A stretch of DNA of 64,000 bases from a bacterium (GTDB lineage Bacteria > Zhuqueibacterota > Zhuqueibacteria > Residuimicrobiales > Krinioviventaceae). The stretch spans positions 1,440,001 to 1,504,000 of the forward strand of contig CAXXMD010000003.1 of the NCBI GenBank assembly GCA_963675755.2, read 5' to 3'. The notes beneath the pieces are model-generated. The model was not told the origin of the DNA. It saw only the letters and a program-made list of their open reading frames with translations, and made no database searches. Shown here one piece after another: positions 19,456 to 29,243 of the stretch. The stretch's first letter is position 1; each line of letters opens with the position of its first letter. The position numbers and the translations under genes were made by a program.

Positions 19456-20183
19456 CTCTTTTCTCCGATCATGATCAATCGCGGAGAGTTGCGGGTAAAG
19501 GGATTCTGTTCATAATCTCCATATATCGCTATACATTCCAATCCAGAGCGTTCAAAAAACTGCAGTAACTCAATCAACCGGTAAGCACGAACGGATTCGT
19601 GGTATTCACGAACATCCCCATTGTCTTTTACGGTTATCTTTTTTTCAAACCGGTTTGTGTGTAAATTAAAGCTCCGCTCCTGGATTATCGTCATATTATT
19701 GCGAACCTGGGTGTCACTGTTAATATTGGGCAATGCCTGCATCATGTTGAGATAATCGAAGAGAAACACGCCACCCGGTTTTAATGCCCGGGCAATACCA
19801 CGGATAACCTGCTCGTTTTCTGCATCATTGTCAAAATATCCAAAACTGGTAAACAGGCTTAGAATAATATCAAACGCATTCTCAAAAGGAATGTCCCGCA
19901 TGTCTCCCCTCACCAGGGGAAAGCTGCGATCGTTTTCCCGGTTCTTGTCCAGCGCCAAAGTCAGTAACTCGGTAGACAGATCCAGTCCAACCACATCCAG
20001 ACCCTGCTGAGCGCAAACGGCGCTGTTGCGCCCATAACCGCAAGCAAGATCCAGCACTCGCTGGCCCGGCTGCATATCCAAAACATTCATAGCAAATTTG
20101 ATAATTTTTTTGGCCTCATTCTCATTCCGGTGCGGATAGATGGTCAAATAGTCGTGTCCAAAGGTCTTTTTATACCAGCTCAT
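19452..20183 (-). CDS. Class I SAM-dependent methyltransferase (candidate NmbA-like)
   Basis: VLDLACGYGR and LFTSFGYF motifs; stop overlaps the bshC start; start placed at MSWYKK. Confidence 0.85.
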   Translation of the reverse strand: MSWYKKTFGHDYLTIYPHRNENEAKKIIKFAMNVLDMQPGQRVLDLACGYGRNSAVCAQQGLDVVGLDLSTELLTLALDKNRENDRSFPLVRGDMRDIPFENAFDIILSLFTSFGYFDNDAENEQVIRGIARALKPGGVFLFDYLNMMQALPNINSDTQVRNNMTIIQERSFNLHTNRFEKKITVKDNGDVREYHESVRAYRLIELLQFFERSGLECIAIYGDYEQNPFTRNSPRLIMIGEKR

Positions 20184-20354
20184 AAATAATATCAGATTGT
20201 TTAACATGTTTAATTTCAATTTCTTATAATCTAAAAATAAATATCAATTTATAAAAGGTTAATTTTCTGTTAACAGATACCTGTAACAGAATAAAGAGTT
20301 GTAACATTTCATAAAAAATTTGTAAATTATAGGCTTTAGAAAGGAGTTGTAATT

Positions 20355-21056
20355 TTGAGCCATATAGAATTGGTATTATTTGATTTGGACGGCACCTTGT
20401 GTGACACCGCTCCCGATGTCCATGACAGTGTCAATATGGCCCTTGAAAAAATGGATCTTCCTCCGGTCTCACTCGACCAGACAATGAAGGCCATAGGGCC
20501 CGGCCCCGGTATCTTTTCCCGAATTATATTAGGAGAAAAGAACCTTGACCGTTATGATGAATATATTCATATTTTTCGTCCCATTTATCATGACCGTTGC
20601 TTGACCAAAACCCGTTTGTTTGACGGTATTGATGATCTGATTGACGGTCTGCACGACCGCAGTATCAAAGTGGGTATGGTAACCAATAAACCCTTACCCG
20701 GTACAACAATCATTTTAAAGGGACTGGACCGGTTTAACCGGTTCGATACCATTATCTGCGCGGATATGGTAGAACACCCCAAGCCTGATCCGGATATGGT
20801 TTACAAGGCATGTCAGGAAATCGGGGTGCTCCCAGAACAGGCCATGCTTATTGGAGATACAGACAATGACATCCTCTCGGCCAATAACGCCGGGGCATAT
20901 AGCTGTCTGGCCGGCTGGGGGTACTCGAGCGAAATGGACAAACTTGAAATGATCAGCGATTTCAGGGTTGAAAATCCTCTGCAAGTGCTGGATATTGTAG
21001 ATCGTTCAGACATTCCAAAAAAAAGTAAAATTGAATTATTCAACCAACAGGATTAA
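20355..21056 (+). CDS. HAD family hydrolase (phosphoglycolate phosphatase-like)
   Basis: FDLDGTL, TNK, KPDP and IGDTDND motifs. Confidence 0.9.
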   Translation: MSHIELVLFDLDGTLCDTAPDVHDSVNMALEKMDLPPVSLDQTMKAIGPGPGIFSRIILGEKNLDRYDEYIHIFRPIYHDRCLTKTRLFDGIDDLIDGLHDRSIKVGMVTNKPLPGTTIILKGLDRFNRFDTIICADMVEHPKPDPDMVYKACQEIGVLPEQAMLIGDTDNDILSANNAGAYSCLAGWGYSSEMDKLEMISDFRVENPLQVLDIVDRSDIPKKSKIELFNQQD

Positions 21057-21058
21057 CC

Positions 21059-21556
21059 ATGGATGCACATGAACATGTATACCTTCCCACATATAAAGGT
21101 TGCTTTATCTGCGGCGAGCACGATCATAATCCTTCCACTCTCAATGTGCGCTTTCGGGTGACAGACGAAGGTGTTGAAGTACCTTTTACTACTACTTATC
21201 GTCAGGCGGGTTACCAGGGTGTTGTCCATGGAGGTGTAATCTCGGCGCTGCTGGATGAAACCATTGGCTGGGCCGTAGCTGTGGAAACCAAAAAATATTT
21301 CATGACTGGTGAGCTGAATGTTCGCTTTGTTCGTCCCTTGCCTGTGGATCTTGATATTTTGGTAAAAGGACGCTTTGTGGAAAACAAGAAACGGTTTTCC
21401 ACCGCCGAAGGTGAAATTGTGGACAAGGAAGGTACCATTTATGCCAAAGCCACGGGTAAATTTTTTCCAATGCCCGAAGAGTTTACTAAAAACGTCAAAG
21501 ACTATTTGACATTTCAGGAAAATGATCTCGACATCCTCACCGGAGAACATAAATAA
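21059..21556 (+). CDS. PaaI family thioesterase
   Basis: CFICG and GVVHGGVISALLDE hot-dog motif. Confidence 0.9.
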   Translation: MDAHEHVYLPTYKGCFICGEHDHNPSTLNVRFRVTDEGVEVPFTTTYRQAGYQGVVHGGVISALLDETIGWAVAVETKKYFMTGELNVRFVRPLPVDLDILVKGRFVENKKRFSTAEGEIVDKEGTIYAKATGKFFPMPEEFTKNVKDYLTFQENDLDILTGEHK

Positions 21557-21574
21557 AAAAAGTAGAATCCCCAA

Positions 21575-21607
21575 AAATCGTGGCAGAGATCTTCTCTGTC
21601 ACGATTT
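21575..21607. repeat. Dispersed REP-like palindrome (CGTGACAGAR-N5-YTCTGTCACG family)
   Basis: AAATCGTGGCAGAGATCTTCTCTGTCACGATTT. Confidence 0.75.
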
Positions 21608-21782
21608 TCTTCTCTCGAATATACGAATACTCACAAATATAGCGAATTCTTCATTATCAATAAAACATCTATTAACCAACAGAGTCTGGTAGATAATATA
21701 AAAGCAATTATCATTAATCAAAATATCATTTTGTAATTAATCAGATTTGCCTTAAATTCTCTTTTCATAAAAGGAGATCATC

Positions 21783-23267
21783 ATGCCGGAATGGGCCGCT
21801 AACCGCATCGGATATCAATGTTTTGTAGACAGTTTTGCCATTGGCAATCAATCCATTCATGACAAAGCTTCGCTTTACCCGGAAACCGTTTACGGAGAAA
21901 AAACCCGTCTGCTGGACTGGGGAGAAGAATTTGACCGATACAGTTACGGTTACAGCTTTTACGGAGGTGACCTGCCCGGTGTAAGCCAGAATGTCTCCGT
22001 GTATTTATCCACTCTGGGCATTGATCTGCTTTACCTTACCCCCATATTCAAAGCCAATACCAACCATAAATACGATACCATGGACTATCGTCAGATAGAC
22101 CCGCAATTTGGTTCGCTAGAGGATTTTAAATCACTGGTTCATAACTGTCATAACCACAACATACGCCTTATCATAGACGGTGTGTTTAACCATACCAGTA
22201 AAGAGCATCCCTGGTTTTTAAAAGCACAAGAGGGAGAACAGCCCTTTACAAAATATTATAAAAAGAACAAAGAAGGTTATTACCTGTTCTGGTCCGGCAT
22301 AGACACACTGCCGCTGCTCAGTCATGACAGTGAGGATATACGTAAAGAACTTTACGAGTCTCCGGAAAGCGTAATCAGCTATTGGCTTGAACAGGGTGCA
22401 GACGGCTGGCGTCTGGATGTTGCTGAAGAACTGGGCCACGATGTTATCCGCAATATAAAATCCGCCATGAGTGAACGTCATCCTGAAAAACTCTTGATCG
22501 GCGAGGTCATGGAGACCTATGGCAAGAGCTGGCTGGGTAACGACTTGCTGGATGGTGTGATGAATTATGTGTTTCTGGGTACCACTGTCAATTTTCTTAC
22601 GGATAAAATTGACGGGATCAATTATATGGACGAGCTGGTCAAAATGTATAATGAATACCCCAAGCCACAACTCTTTACCAGTTGGAATCTCATTAGCAGT
22701 CACGATACCAACCGCATGCTGTACCAGGTAGACGGAAACGAAAATCTGTTCAAAATGGCTGTCACTTTGCAATTTACATATCCCGGTACACCCATGATCT
22801 ATTATGGTGACGAATTGGGTATCATACCAGGCAAAAAGGATGAAAGCAACCGACAGGGTATGGACTGGTCTGGTGCGGACTGGGTTACCCTAAAAGCCCC
22901 TGAACCGTGGAAACACATTCAAAGTATGGACTGGCAGCGAGCAAACCACTATAACAGCATCCATTTTTTTTACAAGCACATGATCTGGCTGCGTAGAAAT
23001 AATCCGGCATTGATTGACGGAGAGTTTATCCCTCTCTATTCCGATGAATTTACTCTGGCTTTTCTCAGACGCAAAGACAACAATCTGGTGGCAGTAATCG
23101 TCAACAAGGGTGCTTCCCGTAATATAAAAATCTCTGTTCCTGATGAAATACGTCAAATGGCTAAAGTACTGAAAAACGAGCATGGGCCGTTAAATCAACT
23201 CGATCTCACCCGTGATTCAGTTGAAATCCAGCTATATAAAGAAAATACCTGCATATTTTCAGGCTAG
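21783..23267 (+). CDS. GH13 alpha-amylase family (neopullulanase/maltodextrin glucosidase-like)
   Basis: NHKYDT.DY, DGVFNH, GWRLDVA, GEV, SHDT and YYGDE motifs. Confidence 0.92.
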   Translation: MPEWAANRIGYQCFVDSFAIGNQSIHDKASLYPETVYGEKTRLLDWGEEFDRYSYGYSFYGGDLPGVSQNVSVYLSTLGIDLLYLTPIFKANTNHKYDTMDYRQIDPQFGSLEDFKSLVHNCHNHNIRLIIDGVFNHTSKEHPWFLKAQEGEQPFTKYYKKNKEGYYLFWSGIDTLPLLSHDSEDIRKELYESPESVISYWLEQGADGWRLDVAEELGHDVIRNIKSAMSERHPEKLLIGEVMETYGKSWLGNDLLDGVMNYVFLGTTVNFLTDKIDGINYMDELVKMYNEYPKPQLFTSWNLISSHDTNRMLYQVDGNENLFKMAVTLQFTYPGTPMIYYGDELGIIPGKKDESNRQGMDWSGADWVTLKAPEPWKHIQSMDWQRANHYNSIHFFYKHMIWLRRNNPALIDGEFIPLYSDEFTLAFLRRKDNNLVAVIVNKGASRNIKISVPDEIRQMAKVLKNEHGPLNQLDLTRDSVEIQLYKENTCIFSG

Positions 23268-23377
23268 AGCTTTTTTTATCAAACTGAGAAAAAATCAAAC
23301 TAACCAATAGTTAATATTGATTTTAATTCTGATAAATCGTATATTTTCAGGTAGTTTGTCTGTAAAGGAAAAAACTG

Positions 23378-23899
23378 ATGAAAAAAATATTTTTAATTCT
23401 GGTTTTCCTGGTTTCCGGTTTTGCCGCGGCACAAGACAATCCATTCAAACAACTTGACTTTCTAATCGGGCACTGGCAGGGTACAGGCAGCGGTTTTGGA
23501 AATGAAACCTCTGTGATCCGGTCAGAATTCAACCGGATTATGAATAATACATTTATTGAAGTAAAAAACGATTCTAAATTCAAACCAACGGATAATAATC
23601 CCGAGGGAGAACACCATACAGACTGGGGTATGCTCAGCTTTGATAAGAGTAGAAAAAAGATCATTTTTCGCCAGTTTAACAATGAAGGTTTTGTAAATCA
23701 ATATATACTTGTTGATTCTTTATCAAATGACACAACCCTGGTATTTTTGACAGAATCGATTGAAAATTTTATGCCGGGTGGTAAAGCCAGATGGATCATT
23801 AATCGTAAATCTGAAAACACTATTGAAACATTATTTGATGTTTCTTTCCCTGGTAAAGAATACACCTGTTTCGGAACAAACCAATTAAGCAAAAAGTAA
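23378..23899 (+). CDS. Secreted hypothetical protein (beta-barrel-like)
   Basis: Signal peptide; LDFLIGHWQG motif; RBS AAGGA. Confidence 0.7.
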   Translation: MKKIFLILVFLVSGFAAAQDNPFKQLDFLIGHWQGTGSGFGNETSVIRSEFNRIMNNTFIEVKNDSKFKPTDNNPEGEHHTDWGMLSFDKSRKKIIFRQFNNEGFVNQYILVDSLSNDTTLVFLTESIENFMPGGKARWIINRKSENTIETLFDVSFPGKEYTCFGTNQLSKK

Positions 23900-24067
23900 C
23901 ATAACAAACCAAGATTACTGATATTTTAGCAACTGTAAAACATTGCAAAAATATGTTTTGAAACTTGATTTTTGTAAAATATTTCCCCTATATTAAGTAT
24001 AATATATACATACAAATGAAATGTATTAATATTTATAATATTCCTATTAATTATTCGGAGTGTAACT

Positions 24068-25489
24068 ATGAGTGAAGAAAAAAAAGATCAGACTCCTGCG
24101 AAATCAGGTGGTGGTCTTGACCGTCGTGATTTTTTACAGGGTCTGGCAACTGCTCCTGTATTGGGTGCATTTGGACTGGCTCTGGGAAATCAAATGCATT
24201 TTGACAAAAAACAAAAAGAAAAAGTTCAGGCAAACCAAATGGAAGCTGCTGACCTGCCAAAAACCAACGTTGCATTGCTTGGTGCCGGCTCACAAGGTCA
24301 GGTGTTGATGAATGCCATGTTGAAACTGCCGTATGTAAACTTTGTTGCAGTTTGTGATATTTGGGAAGAATTCAATTTGATTCGTGCCACCAGAACATTA
24401 AAAGCATACAAACATGATGTACGCAGCTATACCGATTACAAAGAAATGCTGGCAAAAGAAAAAGACAATCTGGATGCCGTTGTAGTAGCTACTCCGGATT
24501 TCTGGCATGCAACACATGCTATTGCCTGTCTTGAAGCAGGATTAGATGTTTACTGTGAAAAAGAAATGTCTAACACCCTTGAAGGCGCCCGCAGCATGGT
24601 TGAAGCTGCCCGCCGTACAGGAAAAAAATTACAGATTGGGCATCAACGTCGCAGCCATCCCCGTTATCGTCATTGTTACGATAAAATTATCTCAGAGGCT
24701 GAAATGCTGGGACGTATTGTTACTGTCAACGGTCAATGGAACCGTTCCGTAACACCACCACTGGGTTACCCGAAACGCGCGGCCATGCCCAAAGAAAGAT
24801 TAAAAAAATACGGTTTCGAATCCATGGAACAATTCCGCAACTGGCGCTGGTACAAAGGCCTGGGTGGCGGAGCGATTGTAGATTTGGGTTCTCACCAGAT
24901 TGATATTTACAGCTGGTTCCTGCAAGCGAATCCCAAAGCTGTTATGGCAAGCGGTGGTAATGATTATTATCCTACTGATGTTTGTGAATGGTACGATACC
25001 GTAATGGTAGTATATGAATATGATACTCCAAAAGGTCCTGCCCGTGCATACTATCAGACCCAAACTACAAACGGCAGCCAGGGTTACTATGAAAAATTTA
25101 TGGGTGACGAAGGTACCCTGATTATTTCCGAATCCGAAGCCAACAACAAAGGCGCGGTATATCGCGAATCAACTGCTCCGGCATGGGATCAATGGGTAGA
25201 AAAAGGTTATATCTCTGCTCCCAAGATCAATACCCCAGGTGCAGAACCCGATGTTGTACTGGATGTTCGTGAAACAGCAACACCAGATGAACACAAAATC
25301 CCGGTTGATTTTAACGATCTGTATCATCGCCCGCACCTGGACAATTTTTTCCAGGCTGTACATGGCCAGGCCGAACTCAACTGCCCGCCTGAAATTGGTT
25401 ACGAAACCGCAGTTGCAGTTCTCAAAGTAAATGAAGCCATTAAAGCCCAGAAACGATTGGAATTCAAACCTGAAGAATTTCATGTCTAA
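24068..25489 (+). CDS. Gfo/Idh/MocA family oxidoreductase, Tat-exported
   Basis: DRRDFL Tat motif, GAGSQG, ATPDFWH, YCEKEM, DLGSHQID. Confidence 0.92.
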   Translation: MSEEKKDQTPAKSGGGLDRRDFLQGLATAPVLGAFGLALGNQMHFDKKQKEKVQANQMEAADLPKTNVALLGAGSQGQVLMNAMLKLPYVNFVAVCDIWEEFNLIRATRTLKAYKHDVRSYTDYKEMLAKEKDNLDAVVVATPDFWHATHAIACLEAGLDVYCEKEMSNTLEGARSMVEAARRTGKKLQIGHQRRSHPRYRHCYDKIISEAEMLGRIVTVNGQWNRSVTPPLGYPKRAAMPKERLKKYGFESMEQFRNWRWYKGLGGGAIVDLGSHQIDIYSWFLQANPKAVMASGGNDYYPTDVCEWYDTVMVVYEYDTPKGPARAYYQTQTTNGSQGYYEKFMGDEGTLIISESEANNKGAVYRESTAPAWDQWVEKGYISAPKINTPGAEPDVVLDVRETATPDEHKIPVDFNDLYHRPHLDNFFQAVHGQAELNCPPEIGYETAVAVLKVNEAIKAQKRLEFKPEEFHV

Positions 25490-25538
25490 GTCCTGAAATC
25501 GCGATGAACCGTATTAAACCGAAAGGAAAATCACAGTA

Positions 25539-26024
25539 ATGAGTTTAGATAAAAATAATAAACTGCAAATGACCGCCCTTACCATTTTAAGGGTTTTGGT
25601 CGGCTGGCATTTTCTGTATGAAGGAATTGCCAAATTAATGAAAGACGGCTGGTCAGCTGCCGGATTTCTGGGACAAGCCAAGGGTGCTTTTGCTCCAATT
25701 TTTCATTGGATTGCCGATACCCCTGCTGTTTTGGATATTGTAAACCAGATGAACATTTGGGGCTTGATTGCAATCGGATTGGGTCTGATCATGGGTGCGT
25801 TTACCTCAATAGCCAGTATTGCGGGTATGATGCTCATTTTATTGTATTATGTATGTAATCCACCATTTACCGGATTATTTTACTCACTGCCATCTGAAGG
25901 TAATTACCTGATTGTGAATAAAAACCTGGTAGAATTTGGCGCCTTGTTTGTTCTTGCTGTTACATCCAGTGGAAAATTTTTAGGATTAGATCTGATTATA
26001 AGTAAACTCTTGAAACGGAAATAA
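25539..26024 (+). CDS. DoxX family membrane protein
   Basis: LRVLVGWHFLYEGIAK, IVNKNLVE and GLD motifs. Confidence 0.88.
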   Translation: MSLDKNNKLQMTALTILRVLVGWHFLYEGIAKLMKDGWSAAGFLGQAKGAFAPIFHWIADTPAVLDIVNQMNIWGLIAIGLGLIMGAFTSIASIAGMMLILLYYVCNPPFTGLFYSLPSEGNYLIVNKNLVEFGALFVLAVTSSGKFLGLDLIISKLLKRK

Positions 26025-26052
26025 TCTTTTTTTTGCACTGTTTTTAATATTA

Positions 26053-26081
26053 ACGCCCCCTGAATCTATTACAGGGGGCGT
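26053..26081 (+). terminator. Probable terminator hairpin
   Basis: ACGCCCCCTG...CAGGGGGCGT. Confidence 0.6.
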
Positions 26082-26083
26082 AT

Positions 26084-26752
26084 TTGTTTAAACCTGTTTG
26101 GAGGGTACTGGTGCAATATAATAAAATTATCCAAATCGCTTTAATTTTATGTCTGTCACTTTTATGGGATCCTCACTCTTCTTTTGCCCAATACGGTCAT
26201 ACTGAACTGAAAATTCAAAACATCATGTCTCCTGTGCAGGTTACACCAAATCCACGAAAACAATTGTTATTGGACAAGCAAGATAATGTACTGCTTGCCA
26301 GCAAGATCATTGGTGTTGCTGCGGGGAGCACGCTTGGGGTGTTGAATGTTTACTGGAACGAAAATAACAAATTGAATAAAAAACTTCCCGCCTGGAAAAG
26401 TGTCTTGTACACTGTTCCGGTGTGCCTGGTGGGCTCGTATGTGGGTTATCAAACCTCCGAATGGGCGGCACAACAGTTTATGGATAAAAAACTAAACATG
26501 GGTGAGTCTCTGTTTTACGGCGTTGTTTATGGTGCAATTGACGGGGCAGCGGTTCTCTCGTCCAGTTTGTTTACTGCATTTATCATTGGCCACTATACCG
26601 ATACCATCCGTTTTAATTTTCAAAACCAGAGCTGGATGCCGGTCAAGATTTTAGGTATTTCCCTGGGTGGCGGATTGGTATATGGCAGTCTCATTGGCGG
26701 CGTTGCCGGTCTTGCAGCCGGACCGACTATTCATTTATATGTTCAGTTCTAA
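26084..26752 (+). CDS. Hypothetical membrane protein (glycine-rich helices)
   Basis: 222-aa ORF with GxxxG-rich hydrophobic segments; start uncertain. Confidence 0.6.
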   Translation: MFKPVWRVLVQYNKIIQIALILCLSLLWDPHSSFAQYGHTELKIQNIMSPVQVTPNPRKQLLLDKQDNVLLASKIIGVAAGSTLGVLNVYWNENNKLNKKLPAWKSVLYTVPVCLVGSYVGYQTSEWAAQQFMDKKLNMGESLFYGVVYGAIDGAAVLSSSLFTAFIIGHYTDTIRFNFQNQSWMPVKILGISLGGGLVYGSLIGGVAGLAAGPTIHLYVQF

Positions 26753-26866
26753 ATCGGTTTGTTATCCTTACTATTTTCATAATATTATTGACTTTGATAT
26801 GCTTTTCGTTAAATTGTAATACTAGCCTGAAATCAATGTAAAAATAACTTTAGAGGATGGGAAACA

Positions 26867-27655
26867 ATGAAAAACTCGATCATTTGGATTTTATTTTCGT
26901 TTATTGTTATTACAACTTTTTCCTGCCAGAAAGCAGAAACACCGGCAGAACCGCAATGGACCAGCATTTTTAATGGCAAAGACCTGAGCGGCTGGAAAGT
27001 AAAGTTGAAAGGTTTTGAACTCGGTGTTAATGACAAGAACACCTTTCGCGTTCAAGATGGTGTGCTCAAAGTATCGTACGATCAGTATGAAACCTTTAAC
27101 GAGAATTTTGGACACATTTTTTATGACAAATACCTGAGCAATTATCGTGTACGATTTGAGTATCGTTTTGTGGGTGAGCAAACTCCCGGCGGTCCCGGAT
27201 GGGCATATCGCAACAGCGGAATCATGCTGCATGGTCAAAAACCCGAGACTATGGGTATAAATCAGAATTTTCCCGTCTCTATTGAAGCACAATTGTTAGG
27301 CGGTAACGGTACCGATGACCGCACCACTGGTAACCTCTGTACACCCGGTACCAATGTGGTACTAGGCGGCGAACTGATACTGAACCATTGTACCAATTCC
27401 AGCTCTAAAACCTATCATGGCGACCAGTGGGTTAAAATGGAATGTGAAGTACACGGAGCAGGGATCATCAAACATTATGTTAACGATGAACTGGTATTGC
27501 AATACGAACAGTCCCAATATGATCCACGGGACGAGGACGCACAAAAACTCATCACAAGCGATGATCTGTTGATCTCCGGTGGATACTTTTCGCTTCAGGC
27601 CGAGAGCCACGGTGTCGAGTTTCGTAATATCGAGATAATGATACTGGATGAATGA
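26867..27655 (+). CDS. DUF1080 / 3-keto-disaccharide hydrolase family lipoprotein
   Basis: Lipobox FSC; IFNGKDLSGW, NSGIM and LQAESHGVEFRNI motifs. Confidence 0.9.
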   Translation: MKNSIIWILFSFIVITTFSCQKAETPAEPQWTSIFNGKDLSGWKVKLKGFELGVNDKNTFRVQDGVLKVSYDQYETFNENFGHIFYDKYLSNYRVRFEYRFVGEQTPGGPGWAYRNSGIMLHGQKPETMGINQNFPVSIEAQLLGGNGTDDRTTGNLCTPGTNVVLGGELILNHCTNSSSKTYHGDQWVKMECEVHGAGIIKHYVNDELVLQYEQSQYDPRDEDAQKLITSDDLLISGGYFSLQAESHGVEFRNIEIMILDE

Positions 27656-27687
27656 TCCCTTATCTTTACTCTATTTATTAATAAACG

Positions 27688-27716
27688 ATCGTGACAGAGT
27701 TTAACTCTGTCACGAT
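27688..27716. repeat. Dispersed REP-like palindrome
   Basis: ATCGTGACAGAGTTTAACTCTGTCACGAT. Confidence 0.75.
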
Positions 27717-27723
27717 TTTATTT

Positions 27724-27756
27724 TTAGCCACAGATAAACACAGATTCACGCTGATT
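27724..27756 (+). repeat. Solo GxxExxY-associated repeat
   Basis: TTAGCCACAGATAAACACAGATTCACGCTGATT. Confidence 0.75.
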
Positions 27757-27855
27757 ATAGAACAATGGGTTGAATAATAATATAAACTTGATGATTTGTA
27801 ATGATCGGTGATATTACTATTATTCAGCTCGTACTTTAAAAAAGGGAAAGCTATT

Positions 27856-29103
27856 TTGAACTATAAAAAATATTTTGTTTTCATGTTTTTGCTATTTGTA
27901 CTATTGATTGATTTTACACTTGCACAGGATTTAACAGAAAAAAATCTCATTGCAGACATCCAAAACCAAATTCTGGTTCCGGGTGACTCGCATGAAGACC
28001 TCTGGCTGGGACCTTCTATAATATACAATTATAATGACCAATCACCTGAATTTCGTTTTTTTGTTAATGTAACGGATCGCCGCGGTGGAGACTCTTCACA
28101 GGAAGAGTTGTGTTTTGTGTCAAGGACCAAACCGGAAAGCACAAAAGATTTTAACAACTGGCATACCTCCTGGGAAAAAGTATCTTTCCCTGATGCGTTA
28201 AAATCCCGTTCAGATAATGAGGGATACGACTTTATTCCCAGTTTTAACTGGAAGTATCACAAAGCATCCGGTAAATGGCTGGGCATTGGTCATTTGCTTC
28301 GTCACAAAGACGGCAAGCTTTCAAAGCACCGGAAATATCTCGAGATCACCTGGTCGGTTTACGATCCCGAAACCAATGTTTTCTCTCCATGGAAATCCTT
28401 TCAGGTTGATGTAGATGGTGTGGATAAACCCTGTGTGGGTTACGGACAGCGTATAGATCTTGACAACGGGGATATCATTTTACCTCACTCGGTGATCTTG
28501 ACTCCTGAAATTGATAAACCCAAATACTGGTGCAGTTCAACATTGTTGGGCTTTGACGGAAAAGAACTGACCATTAAAAAAAGAGGTGAGGTGTTCACAC
28601 ACAATACCCATGATTATGGATTTGTGGAGCCCAGCGGGACCCGTTACAAGGGAGTAAACTATATGACGCTCCGCGCCAATGATGGCAACGCTCATGTAAG
28701 CACCAGTAAAGATGGCTTACATTGGAGTGATCCCATTCCCTGGAAATGGGATGATGGCTCTGCTATGCCCACCCGGCAAACCATGACCAAATTTGTTACC
28801 CACAATAAAGCATTGTACCTGGTTTATACCCGCATAACTCCGGACAACCAGGATGTTTTTCGCAGTCGGGCCCCGTTGTTCATGGCTCAAATTGATCCTG
28901 AAAAACTTTGTCTGATTCGTTCTACCGAACGTATAATTTTCGAGAACAATGGCTTTCCCATTGGCAATTTTAATGTATTTGATTACTCTCCGGAAGAAAC
29001 CTGGATCCGTGTTGCAGAATGGGACCGCACAGGTAAAAATGTGGACTGTAACATTCTACTGGCAAGAATAATCTGGAGTGAAAAAAACACCCTTTTGGAA
29101 TAA
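27856..29103 (+). CDS. Sialidase-like (BNR/Asp-box) beta-propeller protein
   Basis: Asp-box STSKDGLHWS, GFVEPS, RSRAPLFMAQIDP; signal peptide; TTG start after GGGAAAG. Confidence 0.7.
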   Translation: MNYKKYFVFMFLLFVLLIDFTLAQDLTEKNLIADIQNQILVPGDSHEDLWLGPSIIYNYNDQSPEFRFFVNVTDRRGGDSSQEELCFVSRTKPESTKDFNNWHTSWEKVSFPDALKSRSDNEGYDFIPSFNWKYHKASGKWLGIGHLLRHKDGKLSKHRKYLEITWSVYDPETNVFSPWKSFQVDVDGVDKPCVGYGQRIDLDNGDIILPHSVILTPEIDKPKYWCSSTLLGFDGKELTIKKRGEVFTHNTHDYGFVEPSGTRYKGVNYMTLRANDGNAHVSTSKDGLHWSDPIPWKWDDGSAMPTRQTMTKFVTHNKALYLVYTRITPDNQDVFRSRAPLFMAQIDPEKLCLIRSTERIIFENNGFPIGNFNVFDYSPEETWIRVAEWDRTGKNVDCNILLARIIWSEKNTLLE

Positions 29104-29133
29104 TAAAATATATACAATCCTTTTGCTTTGATG

Positions 29134-29162
29134 ATCGTGATGGAGGTAAACTCTGTCACGAT
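29134..29162. repeat. Dispersed REP-like palindrome
   Basis: ATCGTGATGGAGGTAAACTCTGTCACGAT. Confidence 0.7.
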
Positions 29163-29243
29163 TTTTTTATATTACAACGGAAACAAATCCTTTCCTAATA
29201 TTGTTATAAACCTGGAAATAATAATCCATTGTGGGAGTAACAT

